A stretch of 64,000 bases of DNA from Burkholderiales bacterium (GTDB lineage Bacteria; Pseudomonadota; Gammaproteobacteria; Burkholderiales; Burkholderiaceae_C): the NCBI GenBank assembly GCA_016195825.1, contig JACPYV010000130.1, forward strand, positions 3,719 to 67,718. The letters run 5' to 3'. Within the stretch, counting starts at the first letter, position 1, and every line of letters starts with the position of its first letter. Below are positions 1 to 9,206 of this stretch, piece after piece. Position numbers and translations under genes: made by a program. The notes under the pieces are model-generated. The model saw nothing but the letters and a program-made list of their open reading frames with translations. It had not been told where the DNA came from and searched no databases.

Positions 1-1
1 G

Positions 2-226
2 AAGGAGCTGGTGCAGCGCTTCCCGCCGCGCGACGTGGAGACGGAAGAGGGCGGCACACGCAAGGTGGGCCTGCCGGTGCGCGTGGCCGTGCGGGCCGAG
101 CCCGAGGGAGGGCAGGTCGGCGCGCGCTGGCTGGTCGAACTGGGCGAAGCCAGCCGTTTCTGGCCGGCCGACGAGGCCATGGCCAAACTGGGCACGGCAG
201 CTGAGGTCATATACGAGGCTGGATGA
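2..226 (+). CDS. dnaE: 3' end of a gene entering the window, probably DNA polymerase III alpha subunit (C-terminus)
   Basis: Open frame from the window edge; LPVRVAVR...ELGEASRFWPADEAM resembles the betaproteobacterial DnaE C-terminal tail; msbA and glycosyltransferases nearby fit the usual context. Fragment only. Confidence 0.55.
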   Translation, partial: KELVQRFPPRDVETEEGGTRKVGLPVRVAVRAEPEGGQVGARWLVELGEASRFWPADEAMAKLGTAAEVIYEAG

Positions 227-254
227 GGCCCAGCATCGGCGATGATTTCGCCAG

Positions 255-1556
255 ATGCTGCAATCCGTGCCCAGGCCCTCTCCCACGCGGGACGCGGGGC
301 TCGCCCGCCCGACTCCGGTCACAGGCTTGATCCTGACCGGCGGCGGCGCGCGTGCGGCCTACCAGGTGGGCGTGCTGGCAGCAATCGCCCAGCTGCGCCG
401 CGACGCCGGCGCCACGCAGGCCAACCCCTTTCCCATCATCAGCGGCACGTCGGCCGGCGCCATCAATGCGTCAACGCTGGCCTGCCATGCCGATGACTTC
501 GACGGCGCCGTCGACGGCCTGCTGCACCTCTGGCAAGGCCTGCACGTCGAGAACATCTACCGCGCCGATGCCTTCGAGGCCGTGAAGAGCGGCGCCCGCT
601 GGTTGAGCATGCTGAGCCTGGGCTGGGCGCTCGCGCGCTGGACACGCAGCCGCCCGCGCAGCCTGCTGGACAACCAGCCGCTGCGCGAGCTGCTAGGCCG
701 CTACTTGGACATGGGCCGCGTCGAGACCATGCTGGACGGCGGCCACTTGCGCGCACTGGCACTGACGGGGTCGAGCTACACCTCGGGCCAGCACGTCACC
801 TTCTTTCAGACTCACCACCACATCGTGCCCTGGCTGCGCGAGCAGCGCATGGCCGTGCAGGCGCGCCTCACGCTGAGCCATCTGATGGCCTCGTCGGCCA
901 TCCCCTTCATCTTTCCGGCTGAGTCACTGGACTTCGAGGGCGAGGCCGAGTGGTTCGGAGACGGCTCCATGCGCCAGAGCGCTCCCATCTCGCCAGCCGT
1001 GCATCTGGGTGCCGAGCGTGTGCTGGTGATCGGCGCTGTCCGCATGAAGGAGCCCGAGGGCCGGCGCCACCAGGCGTCCGACGAGCACCCCAGCATGGCC
1101 CAGATCGCCGGCCATGCGCTGTCCAACATCTTCCTTGACGCGCTGGCGGTAGACGTCGAGCGACTGCGCCGCATCAACCGCACGCTGGCCCTGCTGCCGC
1201 GCGAGACCCGCGCCGCGACGGCGCTGCGGCCCATCGAGCTGCTGGTCATCGCGCCCAGCCGCCGGCTGGACGACCTGGCCGGCGAACACCAGGCCAGCCT
1301 GCCGTCCTCCGTGCGCGCGATGCTGCGGGCCTTCGGGGTCAGCGGCAAGGGCAAGACCACCAGCGGCTCGGCGTTGGTGAGCTATCTGCTGTTCGAGCCC
1401 AGCTTCGTCGGCGAGCTGATCAACCTGGGCATGAGCGACACGCTGGCCAAGCGCGCCGAGGTGCAGCGCTTCTTCGGCTGGCCGGCCCGTGCGCCGCAGA
1501 TCGACCCGGCGCTGCTCAGGCGCAGCCGCTCCGCGGGATTCGCCGCCGGCTGCTGA
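255..1556 (+). CDS. Patatin-like phospholipase
   Basis: GGGARAAY oxyanion motif, GTSAG nucleophile elbow, DGSM (DGG-like) catalytic Asp motif. Confidence 0.9.
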   Translation: MLQSVPRPSPTRDAGLARPTPVTGLILTGGGARAAYQVGVLAAIAQLRRDAGATQANPFPIISGTSAGAINASTLACHADDFDGAVDGLLHLWQGLHVENIYRADAFEAVKSGARWLSMLSLGWALARWTRSRPRSLLDNQPLRELLGRYLDMGRVETMLDGGHLRALALTGSSYTSGQHVTFFQTHHHIVPWLREQRMAVQARLTLSHLMASSAIPFIFPAESLDFEGEAEWFGDGSMRQSAPISPAVHLGAERVLVIGAVRMKEPEGRRHQASDEHPSMAQIAGHALSNIFLDALAVDVERLRRINRTLALLPRETRAATALRPIELLVIAPSRRLDDLAGEHQASLPSSVRAMLRAFGVSGKGKTTSGSALVSYLLFEPSFVGELINLGMSDTLAKRAEVQRFFGWPARAPQIDPALLRRSRSAGFAAGC

Positions 1557-1560
1557 CGGC

Positions 1561-1838
1561 TCAGCCGGGTTCGCTCCCAGTGGTTGAGGGCTCCGCCGGG
1601 TTCGCCGCCCGGGACGGCTGGCCCGCCGCGCGCAGGGCTGTGCCCGCAGCCTGCGCGCCGTGGCCGCCTTGTTGCCCGGCACGCGGTGCATCCGGTCGAC
1701 CCAGTTCTTGAGCGGTCCCGCAGCCTGCAGGCGCTGCGCGAGCGCCGGGCCGAGGCCGGGCAGAGACTCCAGCTCGGCGCGCGTGGTGGTGTTGGCCTCG
1801 ACGTCCGCCTGCGCCAGCACCGGCACCGGCACGCCCAC
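1561..1838 (-). pseudogene. comEA: Degraded ComEA-like helix-hairpin-helix protein with an apparent 1-nt frameshift near 1636
   Basis: Frame 1 reads VEANTTTRAELESLPGLGPALAQRL...RVPGNKAATARRLRAQ (two HhH motifs); the expected tail LRAAGQP continues in another frame to TGA at 1561-1563; no ATG and an eroded signal peptide. Confidence 0.55.
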
Positions 1839-1861
1839 AGCAGCAGCGCGTGACGCTTCTA

Positions 1862-3598
1862 TCAGTCCTCGCCGGCCTGGGCCCGCACCATGGCCGCGTA
1901 GGCGCCGTCGCGCGCGATCAGTTCGGCATGCCTGCCGGTCTCGATCAGCTTGCCCGCGCCCAGCACGTGGATGGCATCGGCGTCGCGGATGGTGGACAGC
2001 CGGTGCGCGATGACGATCAGCGTCTTGCGGCCCGACCAGGCGGCCAGCGCCTGCTGCACGGCGCGCTCGCTCTCGGTGTCCAGCGCCGACGTGGCTTCGT
2101 CGAAGATCCAGATCGGTGCGTCCTTGTACAGCGCCCGCGCGATGGCCAGGCGCTGGCGCTGCCCACCGGACAGCTTGCTGCCATTGGCGCCGACGGCAGT
2201 CTCCACCCCATCGGGCAGCGTCTGCACGAAGTCCCACAGGTACGCGGCCCTCAGCGCCGCTTCCAGCCTGGCCTCGTCGCGCGGCTGGGCGTAGGCAATG
2301 TTGTGGGCCACTGAGTCGTCGAACAGCACGATGTCCTGCGACACGACAGCGAATTGGCGGCGCAGGCTCATCCGCGTCAGCGTCTCGGTGTCGGTGCCGT
2401 CCAGCACGATGCGGCCCGCGTCCGGCCGGGCAAAACCAAGCAGCAGGTTGATGATGGAACTCTTGCCTGCACCCGAGGCCCCGACCAGCGCGGTCGTGCG
2501 CCCGGCCCCGAAGCCCAGGCTCAGGCCGTCCAGCGCCGGCTGGCTCGTGCCGGGGTAGGTCAGGCTGACCGACTCCATCGCCAGGTTGCCCTGTGCCGGG
2601 CCGGGCAGTTCATGGCTGCCGCCGTCGACTTCCTTGGGCGCGTCCATCAGCTCGAAGCAGCCCTTGGCAATGACGGTCGCGCGCGTCATCGGTGCGGCCA
2701 AGTCGGACAGATGGCGCAGCCGCGAGGTCAACAGCAGCAGCGCGGTGACGAATTCGGCAAAGGCCTGCACGCCGGTGCCGGCCGCGCGAGCCTGCCACAG
2801 CGCCACGCAGATGATGAAGGACAGGCCCACGCTGGCGACCAGTTGCGAGATCGGCTGCGCCAGCGCGCCGGCGGTGGCCGTCTTCAGGTTGTTGCGGCGC
2901 ACCTCGTGCGACACCTCAGCAAAACGCTCGCGCTCATGCTGGGCCGCTCCGAACTGGCGCACCACGCGCCAGGCGCGCGTGATGTCGTCGACCTTGTTGA
3001 CCAGCAGGAGCTGCGAGTCATAGGAACGCGTGGCCATCAGCCGCATGCGCTGGTTGACCTTCTTCATCACCAGGGCCATCAGCGGCGTGACGACCAGGCT
3101 CAGCAGCGTCAGCTGCCAGTTCAGGTAGAACAGGTAGCCCAGCATCGCGATCGCCGGGAGGCCGTCGCGCAGCAGGCTCAGGCCCACGTCACCGACCAGT
3201 TGCAGGATCTGCTGCGGGTCGTTGACCACCTTGCTGACCGCCGTGCCCGGCTGCATGCGCGTGTAGACCTGCGCGTCCAGCCGCAGCAGCGAGTTGACAA
3301 GTGCCGCACGGAAGTCCATCACGCTGCGCGTGAGGGTCCAGTTGAAGAGGTACTGGCCGGCAAAGCCGAACAGGCCGCGCATCAGGTACAGGCCGATCAG
3401 GACCACCGGCACCGCCCACAGCGGGAATGCGTCCTTGGTGAAGCCCTCGCCGAAGGCGTAGCCGATCAGCTTGGGGAGCAGCGGCTCGGTGGCTGCAGCG
3501 CCGATGTAGGCCAGCACGGTGAGCAGCGCACCCCAGCGGTGGGGATAGACGAACTGGCCCAGGCGGCGGGCGGGAGAGACGTTGGCGTCAGCAGACAT
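1862..3598 (-). CDS. msbA: MsbA-like ABC exporter (TMD+NBD), lipid A/glycolipid flippase family
   Basis: N-terminal TM domain, Walker A GASGAGKS, signature LSGGQRQR, DEATSALD; start taken at MSADANV (ATG 3598). Confidence 0.8.
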   Translation of the reverse strand: MSADANVSPARRLGQFVYPHRWGALLTVLAYIGAAATEPLLPKLIGYAFGEGFTKDAFPLWAVPVVLIGLYLMRGLFGFAGQYLFNWTLTRSVMDFRAALVNSLLRLDAQVYTRMQPGTAVSKVVNDPQQILQLVGDVGLSLLRDGLPAIAMLGYLFYLNWQLTLLSLVVTPLMALVMKKVNQRMRLMATRSYDSQLLLVNKVDDITRAWRVVRQFGAAQHERERFAEVSHEVRRNNLKTATAGALAQPISQLVASVGLSFIICVALWQARAAGTGVQAFAEFVTALLLLTSRLRHLSDLAAPMTRATVIAKGCFELMDAPKEVDGGSHELPGPAQGNLAMESVSLTYPGTSQPALDGLSLGFGAGRTTALVGASGAGKSSIINLLLGFARPDAGRIVLDGTDTETLTRMSLRRQFAVVSQDIVLFDDSVAHNIAYAQPRDEARLEAALRAAYLWDFVQTLPDGVETAVGANGSKLSGGQRQRLAIARALYKDAPIWIFDEATSALDTESERAVQQALAAWSGRKTLIVIAHRLSTIRDADAIHVLGAGKLIETGRHAELIARDGAYAAMVRAQAGED

Positions 3599-3634
3599 GG
3601 GGCGGCATTGTCGGCCGTGTTTCAATGCCGTCGC

Positions 3635-4672
3635 ATGCGCATCGCCCATCTTCTCTTCACGAAACGCTTTGCCGGCAGTGAGCGCTATGCCATCGAACTC
3701 GCCAACGCCCAGGCCGAGCAACACGACGTCTGTTTTCTGCTGAGCTCGGCTGCCGCGGAGGACCGACCCGACGCCTGGGCCGCTCGCCTGGATCCGCGGG
3801 TGCAACAGGTGCGCCTGCATTTGCCGACGCTGTTCCCGGCCACTCGGGTGAGCCACTGGGCTGCGCAATGGCAGCCCGACGTCTGCCATGCGCACCTGAG
3901 CTTTGCCTGCAAGGCGCTGGCCGGATTGGATGGCGCGGCCGCCCGGGTGGCGACGCTGCACATCTCCTACAAGGCGCACCAGCACGGCCATCTGGATGGC
4001 TTGATCGCGATCACACCCGGCCAGTTGGCGCAGATCCCGCCCAGCTACGCGGGCACCGTACGCCAGATCTCCAACTGGAGCGAACCCAAGCCCGCGGCGC
4101 CCGGCGCTCGCGAACGCCTACGTGCCGACTGGGGTGTTGGCCCCAACGACTGGCTGATCGGCACGCTGGGCAGGGGCGAGCGCAGCAAGGGTTGGGACTT
4201 GCTGGTCGAGGCCTTCCAGCAAGCCCGTTTGCCGGGTGCGCGGTTGGTGCTGGTAGGCGAGGGGCCGGAATGGCGTGCCGTGCGGGCGTCCGCACCGGCA
4301 GATGTCGTCATGCCCGGCTTCACCAACGAGCCGGAAAACTGCCTGGCCGCCTTCGACCTGTTCGTCAGCGCCGCCCGGAGCGAGCCCTTCGGCCTCGTAT
4401 TCCTGGAGGCAATGCACGCCGGCCTGCCGATTGTTGCGACCGCCACCGAGGGCGCCACTTACCTCGGCGGCAGCTTCGAGGCCTTGCCGCCCTGCGACGA
4501 CGTGGCAGCGCTGGCAGCCGCGCTGTCGCAGGTGGGCGAGGCGCGTTCTCGTGGCGGGGCGTTGCGGCGCCACCATCCCGTCGAACGCTTCGGGCGGGCT
4601 GCGCGTGCGGCGGAGATCGAGGCGTTCTACCTCGCCTGCCTTGCCGGCCGGCAGCGCCGCCAGGCCGCCTGA
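3635..4672 (+). CDS. Glycosyltransferase family 4 (GT-B)
   Basis: MRIAHLLFT..FAGSERY N-terminus; SEPFGLVFLEAM (EX7E) motif; this is the real part of ORF 2354..4672. Confidence 0.85.
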   Translation: MRIAHLLFTKRFAGSERYAIELANAQAEQHDVCFLLSSAAAEDRPDAWAARLDPRVQQVRLHLPTLFPATRVSHWAAQWQPDVCHAHLSFACKALAGLDGAAARVATLHISYKAHQHGHLDGLIAITPGQLAQIPPSYAGTVRQISNWSEPKPAAPGARERLRADWGVGPNDWLIGTLGRGERSKGWDLLVEAFQQARLPGARLVLVGEGPEWRAVRASAPADVVMPGFTNEPENCLAAFDLFVSAARSEPFGLVFLEAMHAGLPIVATATEGATYLGGSFEALPPCDDVAALAAALSQVGEARSRGGALRRHHPVERFGRAARAAEIEAFYLACLAGRQRRQAA

Positions 4673-4695
4673 CTCAAGCCGCCATGGCAGCGGTC

Positions 4696-5664
4696 TTACG
4701 ACATGATGCGGGCGTGTGGCAACCACTGCAGGCCGCGCAGCCAGCGCCCCCGCTTGACGTAGGCGGCCAGCAGCTCGCGACGTGACAGCGGCGAGCTGCG
4801 GTCGAAGCGCTCGGCGTCGGTCTGCAGGCCGGCCAGTGCTTCTCCGCCCAGTTGCAACCGGCGCCGCCTGGCGCGCAGCAGCGTGCGGGCGCAGAAGTGC
4901 GCGATCTCGAATTTCGCGTCGTCGTTCAGCGGCGGCAGCTCGGCCGCCAGCCCGTCCAGCGCCCAGGTCCAGTCATCCAGCCGTTTCACGTCCAGCGACG
5001 ATAGCAGGCTGCCACCACGCTGCCGATAGGCGATCCAGACCTCGGCCACATGGAGATGCCGCGGCGTGTGCAGGGCCAGGCGTGGATAGATGGCCATGTC
5101 CTCGAACACGCGTCCCTCTGGGAAGCGTAGCGTGGCCGGCCAGCAGGCGCGGCGCACGACCTTGCTCCAGGGGTGGAACTGGCCATGCACGAAGAAGCCG
5201 CGCAGGCGCTGGTCGACGTCGGCCATCACCACGCCGGCGGGGCCGTCAAAGCTGGTGATGTGGCGATGCCGTGGCTTGACCGATTCCGTCGAAGCGCCGT
5301 CGTCGAAGACGCGGAAGTCGCAGCTCAACAGGTCGGGCTTGTGCCGGGTGATCAAGGCCTTCAGGCGCGCGATGACGCCGGGCTCGACCAGGTCGTCGGG
5401 GTCGATGAACCACAGGTAGTCGCCGCGCGCCTCGTCCAGCAGTCGGTTGCGCGCAGCGCTGACGCCGCGGTTGTGCGGCAGTCGGATCACCCGGGCCTGG
5501 TGTAGCCGTTGCTCGACCAGAGCCGCGGAGCCATCCGGCGAGGCGTCGTCCACGAAGACGAGTTCCACGCCATCGTCGAGCTGCGGTGCCAGCGAGGCGA
5601 TACAGGCCTTCAGCCACGGCTCGACCCCGTACACCGGGAACAGCAGGCTGAGCCAGGGCTTCAT
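4696..5664 (-). CDS. Glycosyltransferase family 2
   Basis: PVYGVEPWL..C, FVDDASPDGS, NRGVSAARN, FIDPDD, FPEGRVFED. Confidence 0.85.
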   Translation of the reverse strand: MKPWLSLLFPVYGVEPWLKACIASLAPQLDDGVELVFVDDASPDGSAALVEQRLHQARVIRLPHNRGVSAARNRLLDEARGDYLWFIDPDDLVEPGVIARLKALITRHKPDLLSCDFRVFDDGASTESVKPRHRHITSFDGPAGVVMADVDQRLRGFFVHGQFHPWSKVVRRACWPATLRFPEGRVFEDMAIYPRLALHTPRHLHVAEVWIAYRQRGGSLLSSLDVKRLDDWTWALDGLAAELPPLNDDAKFEIAHFCARTLLRARRRRLQLGGEALAGLQTDAERFDRSSPLSRRELLAAYVKRGRWLRGLQWLPHARIMS

Positions 5665-6608
5665 GGCGCCTTGTCGATGAGCTGGGCCAAGGCGCTGATG
5701 GCCAAGAAGCGTCCGCGCAGCCAGTTGCGCTCGACCAGGGCGCGGTCACCGCCGCGCAGCTTCAGCACGGCGGGCAACACGCGGGGGCAACTGGTCAGCG
5801 CCAGCCGCGCGTAAAGGTGGCGCTTGCGCCAGCCCACGGCCGCCAGCCAGGCAAATGGGCCGTCCTCGGCACGCAGCAACGCCAGGCGCGCGACCTGGGG
5901 GTTGCGGTCCAGCAGGTCGCCGGCCGCGACGTGCATGAGGAGGTAGCGCTGGAAATCCTCGGTCAGCGCCTGCGCGACGCGGGCATGCCGGCCTTCGGCT
6001 CGCAGCCGCTCCAGCAGGGCTTCGGCACCTTCGTCCAGGGCACGGTCAAAGGCTTGAGCCAGCGCAACGGCAAAGCGTCCACCGGGCACCGAGGCCATCA
6101 TCCAGTTCTCGACGATTGGCAACTCAGGCCGTGTCGTGTAGCGGTCGATGTAGAAGCCGACATAGTCCGCCGCGCGACGCCTGCGCGTGTCGTGCAGCCA
6201 GGAAAGGTCGCGGCACAGCAGCATGGAGGCATCCATCCACACCCCGCCGTGCTTGGCCAGCAGATGGATGCGCAGCCAGTCAGCCTGGCGATAGGCGGGT
6301 AGGGCGTCGAAGTCGGCGCGCAGCGTGGGCAGCCAGTCAGCGGCGCTGGTGCGGTCCAACAGGCGCAGCTCATGGTCGGGCGCAAAACGACGCCAGTTGT
6401 CCAGGCAGGCCTGGATGAAGGGCGGCACCGGAGCGGTCTGCCAGTAGGCCCAGATGATCTTGGGGATGTCGTCGTGGCAGGTCGGCGCCGACACGCCGAC
6501 CATCACCACGCGGGTCTGTGCCGGCACCTTGGCGCGCAGCACGGTCGCCAGTTCGCGGAGCAGCAGGCCGGCCAGGATCGCCAGCAGCACGAGGAGCAGA
6601 ACGCTCAT
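5661..6608 (-). CDS. Membrane-anchored DxD glycosyltransferase (GT32/capsular polysaccharide synthesis-like)
   Basis: N-terminal hydrophobic anchor; IPKIIWAYW, ADWLRIHLLAKHGGVWMDAS. Confidence 0.75.
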   Translation of the reverse strand: MSVLLLVLLAILAGLLLRELATVLRAKVPAQTRVVMVGVSAPTCHDDIPKIIWAYWQTAPVPPFIQACLDNWRRFAPDHELRLLDRTSAADWLPTLRADFDALPAYRQADWLRIHLLAKHGGVWMDASMLLCRDLSWLHDTRRRRAADYVGFYIDRYTTRPELPIVENWMMASVPGGRFAVALAQAFDRALDEGAEALLERLRAEGRHARVAQALTEDFQRYLLMHVAAGDLLDRNPQVARLALLRAEDGPFAWLAAVGWRKRHLYARLALTSCPRVLPAVLKLRGGDRALVERNWLRGRFLAISALAQLIDKAP

Positions 6609-7336
6609 TCGCGCCAGTGGTCGGCGATCCAGCGCGCCGGCCGCGCATGCCGCCAGTTGCCGTTGCTGCGACCAGCCAGCGCGTCGGGCGGGTTCATGAC
6701 GCCGTGGAAGATCAGGATGCGGGCACCCGCGGGCACGAAGGGGTCACGCCAGTAACTGGTGGGCCAGGCCGGGATGCAGTGGTACTTGTAGCTGGCGCAC
6801 CAGGCGTTGTCCCAGTACTTGAGCAAGCCCCGCCGGTGCAGCACGGCAGACAGGAAAGCCTGCTCGTTGCGATAGTCGGCCTTGGCCTTGGCCTGATCGG
6901 CGACGAATTCGGTCAGCACGTCCTGGTGGGCACCCAGCTCCCAGCGGTAGACGGAGGAGTTGCCCGTCACGCGCCAGGGCCGCTTCCAGTCGTGGATGAT
7001 GAGGAAATCGCCCGGCACCTCGAAGAAGGGCGTGATGTCGTCGACGATGACGACGTCCAGGTCGAGGAAGAGGCCGGTGCCGGTCAGGCCGTACTCGTTG
7101 ACGAGCACCGTGCTGAAGGTGGTCAACTTCTTCCAGCCGCGCTCGGGCTCGCCATTGGGCAGCGTCAGCTCGGGGATGGGCAGGCAGCGCACCTCGGCGC
7201 GGATGCCTTCGCTGCGGTCGGTCAGGCAGACGAAGTTGAAGTCGCCTTTGAGATGGCGACGCACCATCGCGTACAGACGATTGACGTACTCGGGGCCGTA
7301 CTTGGTGCCCCACTTCATGCAGACGATGGTACGCAT
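6605..7336 (-). CDS. Putative GT-A fold glycosyltransferase (MKWGTKY family)
   Basis: CMKWGTKYGPEYVNRLY, FLDLDVVI (DxD), NSSV, NEQAFLS, FHG..NP. Confidence 0.7.
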   Translation of the reverse strand: MRTIVCMKWGTKYGPEYVNRLYAMVRRHLKGDFNFVCLTDRSEGIRAEVRCLPIPELTLPNGEPERGWKKLTTFSTVLVNEYGLTGTGLFLDLDVVIVDDITPFFEVPGDFLIIHDWKRPWRVTGNSSVYRWELGAHQDVLTEFVADQAKAKADYRNEQAFLSAVLHRRGLLKYWDNAWCASYKYHCIPAWPTSYWRDPFVPAGARILIFHGVMNPPDALAGRSNGNWRHARPARWIADHWRE

Positions 7337-7340
7337 CGGT

Positions 7341-8483
7341 CTAGAGCTCTTCCACGTGGCGGGGCGGGTAGGTGTCCCAGTTCAGGCAACCGGGGCATTG
7401 CCAGAAGTAGTGCGCGGCCTCGAAGCCGCAGGCCGCACAGCGGTAGCGCAGCAGCGGCTTGGTGGCCTTCTCGAGCGTCTGAATCAGCGGCGCAGCTTCG
7501 TCGGCAGGTAGGGCGGGTGCATTGAGCTTGAGCAACTCGGTGGCGGCGGACAGCGCCGGCTGCTCGCGCAGATGCGCTGCAAGGCGTTCGCGCTGTGGTG
7601 CCGGCTGCAGCGTGGCGAGCGCCCGCAGCAGATGCATGCTCGGCGCGCGGCGGTATTGTTCGGAAAGCAGCGCGATGGCCCGATCGGGCTGGGCCAGCGC
7701 TTGAGCAGCCGCGGCACAGTCCGCTGCGACGAGGTTGAATGCCGGCGGATTCGCCGAGAGCAATTTAGTGAACGCCGCCAGCGCGGCCTCGGCCTGGCCG
7801 GCCTTGAGCAGCAATTGGCCTTGCAGCACGTAGGCACGGGCGCCCTCGGGCTCGCGGCGCTGCGCCTGGCCCAGCAGCTCCAGCGCCAGGTCGGCGTGGC
7901 CCTGGGCCTGCGCGACCAGGGCTTGCTCGCACAGATAGTGGGCGATGCGGCCCGAAAAGGAGCCGGTGCCGGCGGCTTCCAGCTCGGCGGCAACCTCGGC
8001 GGCCTTGGGCCAGTCGCGCGAGCGCTCGTACAGCGACAGCAGGGCCAGCCGCGCCTCGCGCTCGAAGGCGGTGCCGCGCAGCTCGGCATAGGCCGCCTCG
8101 GCGCGATCGAACAGGCCGGCCTTGAAGAAGTCCTGCGCCAGTTCGTGCTGGGCCCGGTCGCGGTCGGTCTTGGGCAGGTCACCACGTCGCAGCAGGTGTT
8201 CGTGCACGCGCACGGCGCGCTCGGTCTCGCCACGGCGGCGGAACAGGCTGCCCAGTGCGAAGTGCAGCTCGGAGGTGTCGGGGTCGTTCTGGACGGCTTC
8301 GATGAAGGCGTCGATGGCCTTGTCCTGCTGTTCGTTCAGCAGCAGGTTCAGGCCCTTGAAGTAGGCCTTGGGCGATTCACGCTGCTCCAACTTCCATTGG
8401 CGAGAGTCGAGCTTGGAGGCCAGCCAGCCAAGCACGAAAACGACGGGCAGGACGAAGAGCAGCCAGCGCGGATCAAACTCCAT
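7341..8483 (-). CDS. lapB: Lipopolysaccharide assembly protein B
   Basis: N-terminal TM, TPR repeats, C-terminal rubredoxin-like CAACG..WQCPGC; start MEFDPRW. Confidence 0.9.
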   Translation of the reverse strand: MEFDPRWLLFVLPVVFVLGWLASKLDSRQWKLEQRESPKAYFKGLNLLLNEQQDKAIDAFIEAVQNDPDTSELHFALGSLFRRRGETERAVRVHEHLLRRGDLPKTDRDRAQHELAQDFFKAGLFDRAEAAYAELRGTAFEREARLALLSLYERSRDWPKAAEVAAELEAAGTGSFSGRIAHYLCEQALVAQAQGHADLALELLGQAQRREPEGARAYVLQGQLLLKAGQAEAALAAFTKLLSANPPAFNLVAADCAAAAQALAQPDRAIALLSEQYRRAPSMHLLRALATLQPAPQRERLAAHLREQPALSAATELLKLNAPALPADEAAPLIQTLEKATKPLLRYRCAACGFEAAHYFWQCPGCLNWDTYPPRHVEEL

Positions 8484-8772
8484 CTTGGTGGGCGGCGTAA
8501 GGAACGGCAGGCGCCTCAGGCGCGGGAATGGGGGCGCCGGGCAGCGGTTCGGCCCGCTGAGCTGCGCGGCGGTGGCGCCACCAGGCCGGCACCATGGCGA
8601 GCACGCCGAAGGCGGCGCCCAGGCCGAAGGCCAGCAGCACGATGATGACTTGAGGGGCACGCCATTCGTGGCCGAAGAACCAGCGCACAACGGCGTCGTG
8701 GCTGTTGTTCAGCGCGAACGCGAACAGCGTGAAGAAGAGCAGGGCCCGCAGGAGCCAGACAAGGGTGCGCAT
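8473..8772 (-). CDS. lapA: Lipopolysaccharide assembly protein A
   Basis: Two TM segments, FALNN motif, located between ihfB and lapB. Confidence 0.85.
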   Translation of the reverse strand: MRTLVWLLRALLFFTLFAFALNNSHDAVVRWFFGHEWRAPQVIIVLLAFGLGAAFGVLAMVPAWWRHRRAAQRAEPLPGAPIPAPEAPAVPYAAHQDGV

Positions 8773-8788
8773 GGCCCCGGATTCTGGC

Positions 8789-9088
8789 TCAGGCGTCCGT
8801 CACCGGCAGGTGCTTGTCGACCGCCTCGCGCAGCGCCTTGCCGGGCTTGAAGTGGGGCGCCAGCTTCTCGGGGATCATGACCTGCTCGCCACTGCGCGGG
8901 TTGCGGCCCACGCGAGGCGGGCGGCGGCTGATGGAGAAGCTGCCGAAGCCGCGGATCTCGATACGGTGGCCGCGCGCCAGTGCATCGCTCATCGCATCCA
9001 GGATGGTCTTGACTGCGAACTCGGTGTCGCGCTGGGTCAGTTGACCAAATCTTTCGGCAAGCACGGCGACGAGGTCGGAGCGGGTCAT
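8789..9088 (-). CDS. ihfB: Integration host factor beta subunit
   Basis: MTRSDL...[10 protein letters not shown]...GRNPRSGE...[11 protein letters not shown]. Confidence 0.95.
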   Translation of the reverse strand: MTRSDLVAVLAERFGQLTQRDTEFAVKTILDAMSDALARGHRIEIRGFGSFSISRRPPRVGRNPRSGEQVMIPEKLAPHFKPGKALREAVDKHLPVTDA

Positions 9089-9111
9089 GGCAAAGCTTTG
9101 CTGGGAGCAGA

Positions 9112-9149
9112 AATTGAAACAGGCCCGCTGGCGAGGCCGGCGAGCCTGT
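9112..9149 (-). terminator. Hairpin with downstream U-rich run between rpsA and ihfB
   Basis: ACAGGC...GCCTGT imperfect inverted repeat followed on the minus strand by TTCAATTT. Confidence 0.45.
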
Positions 9150-9206
9150 GGGGAGCATACCCGGCCCCAGCGCTTGTTGCTGGAGGCCGGGCGGTCAACC
9201 GAGAGC

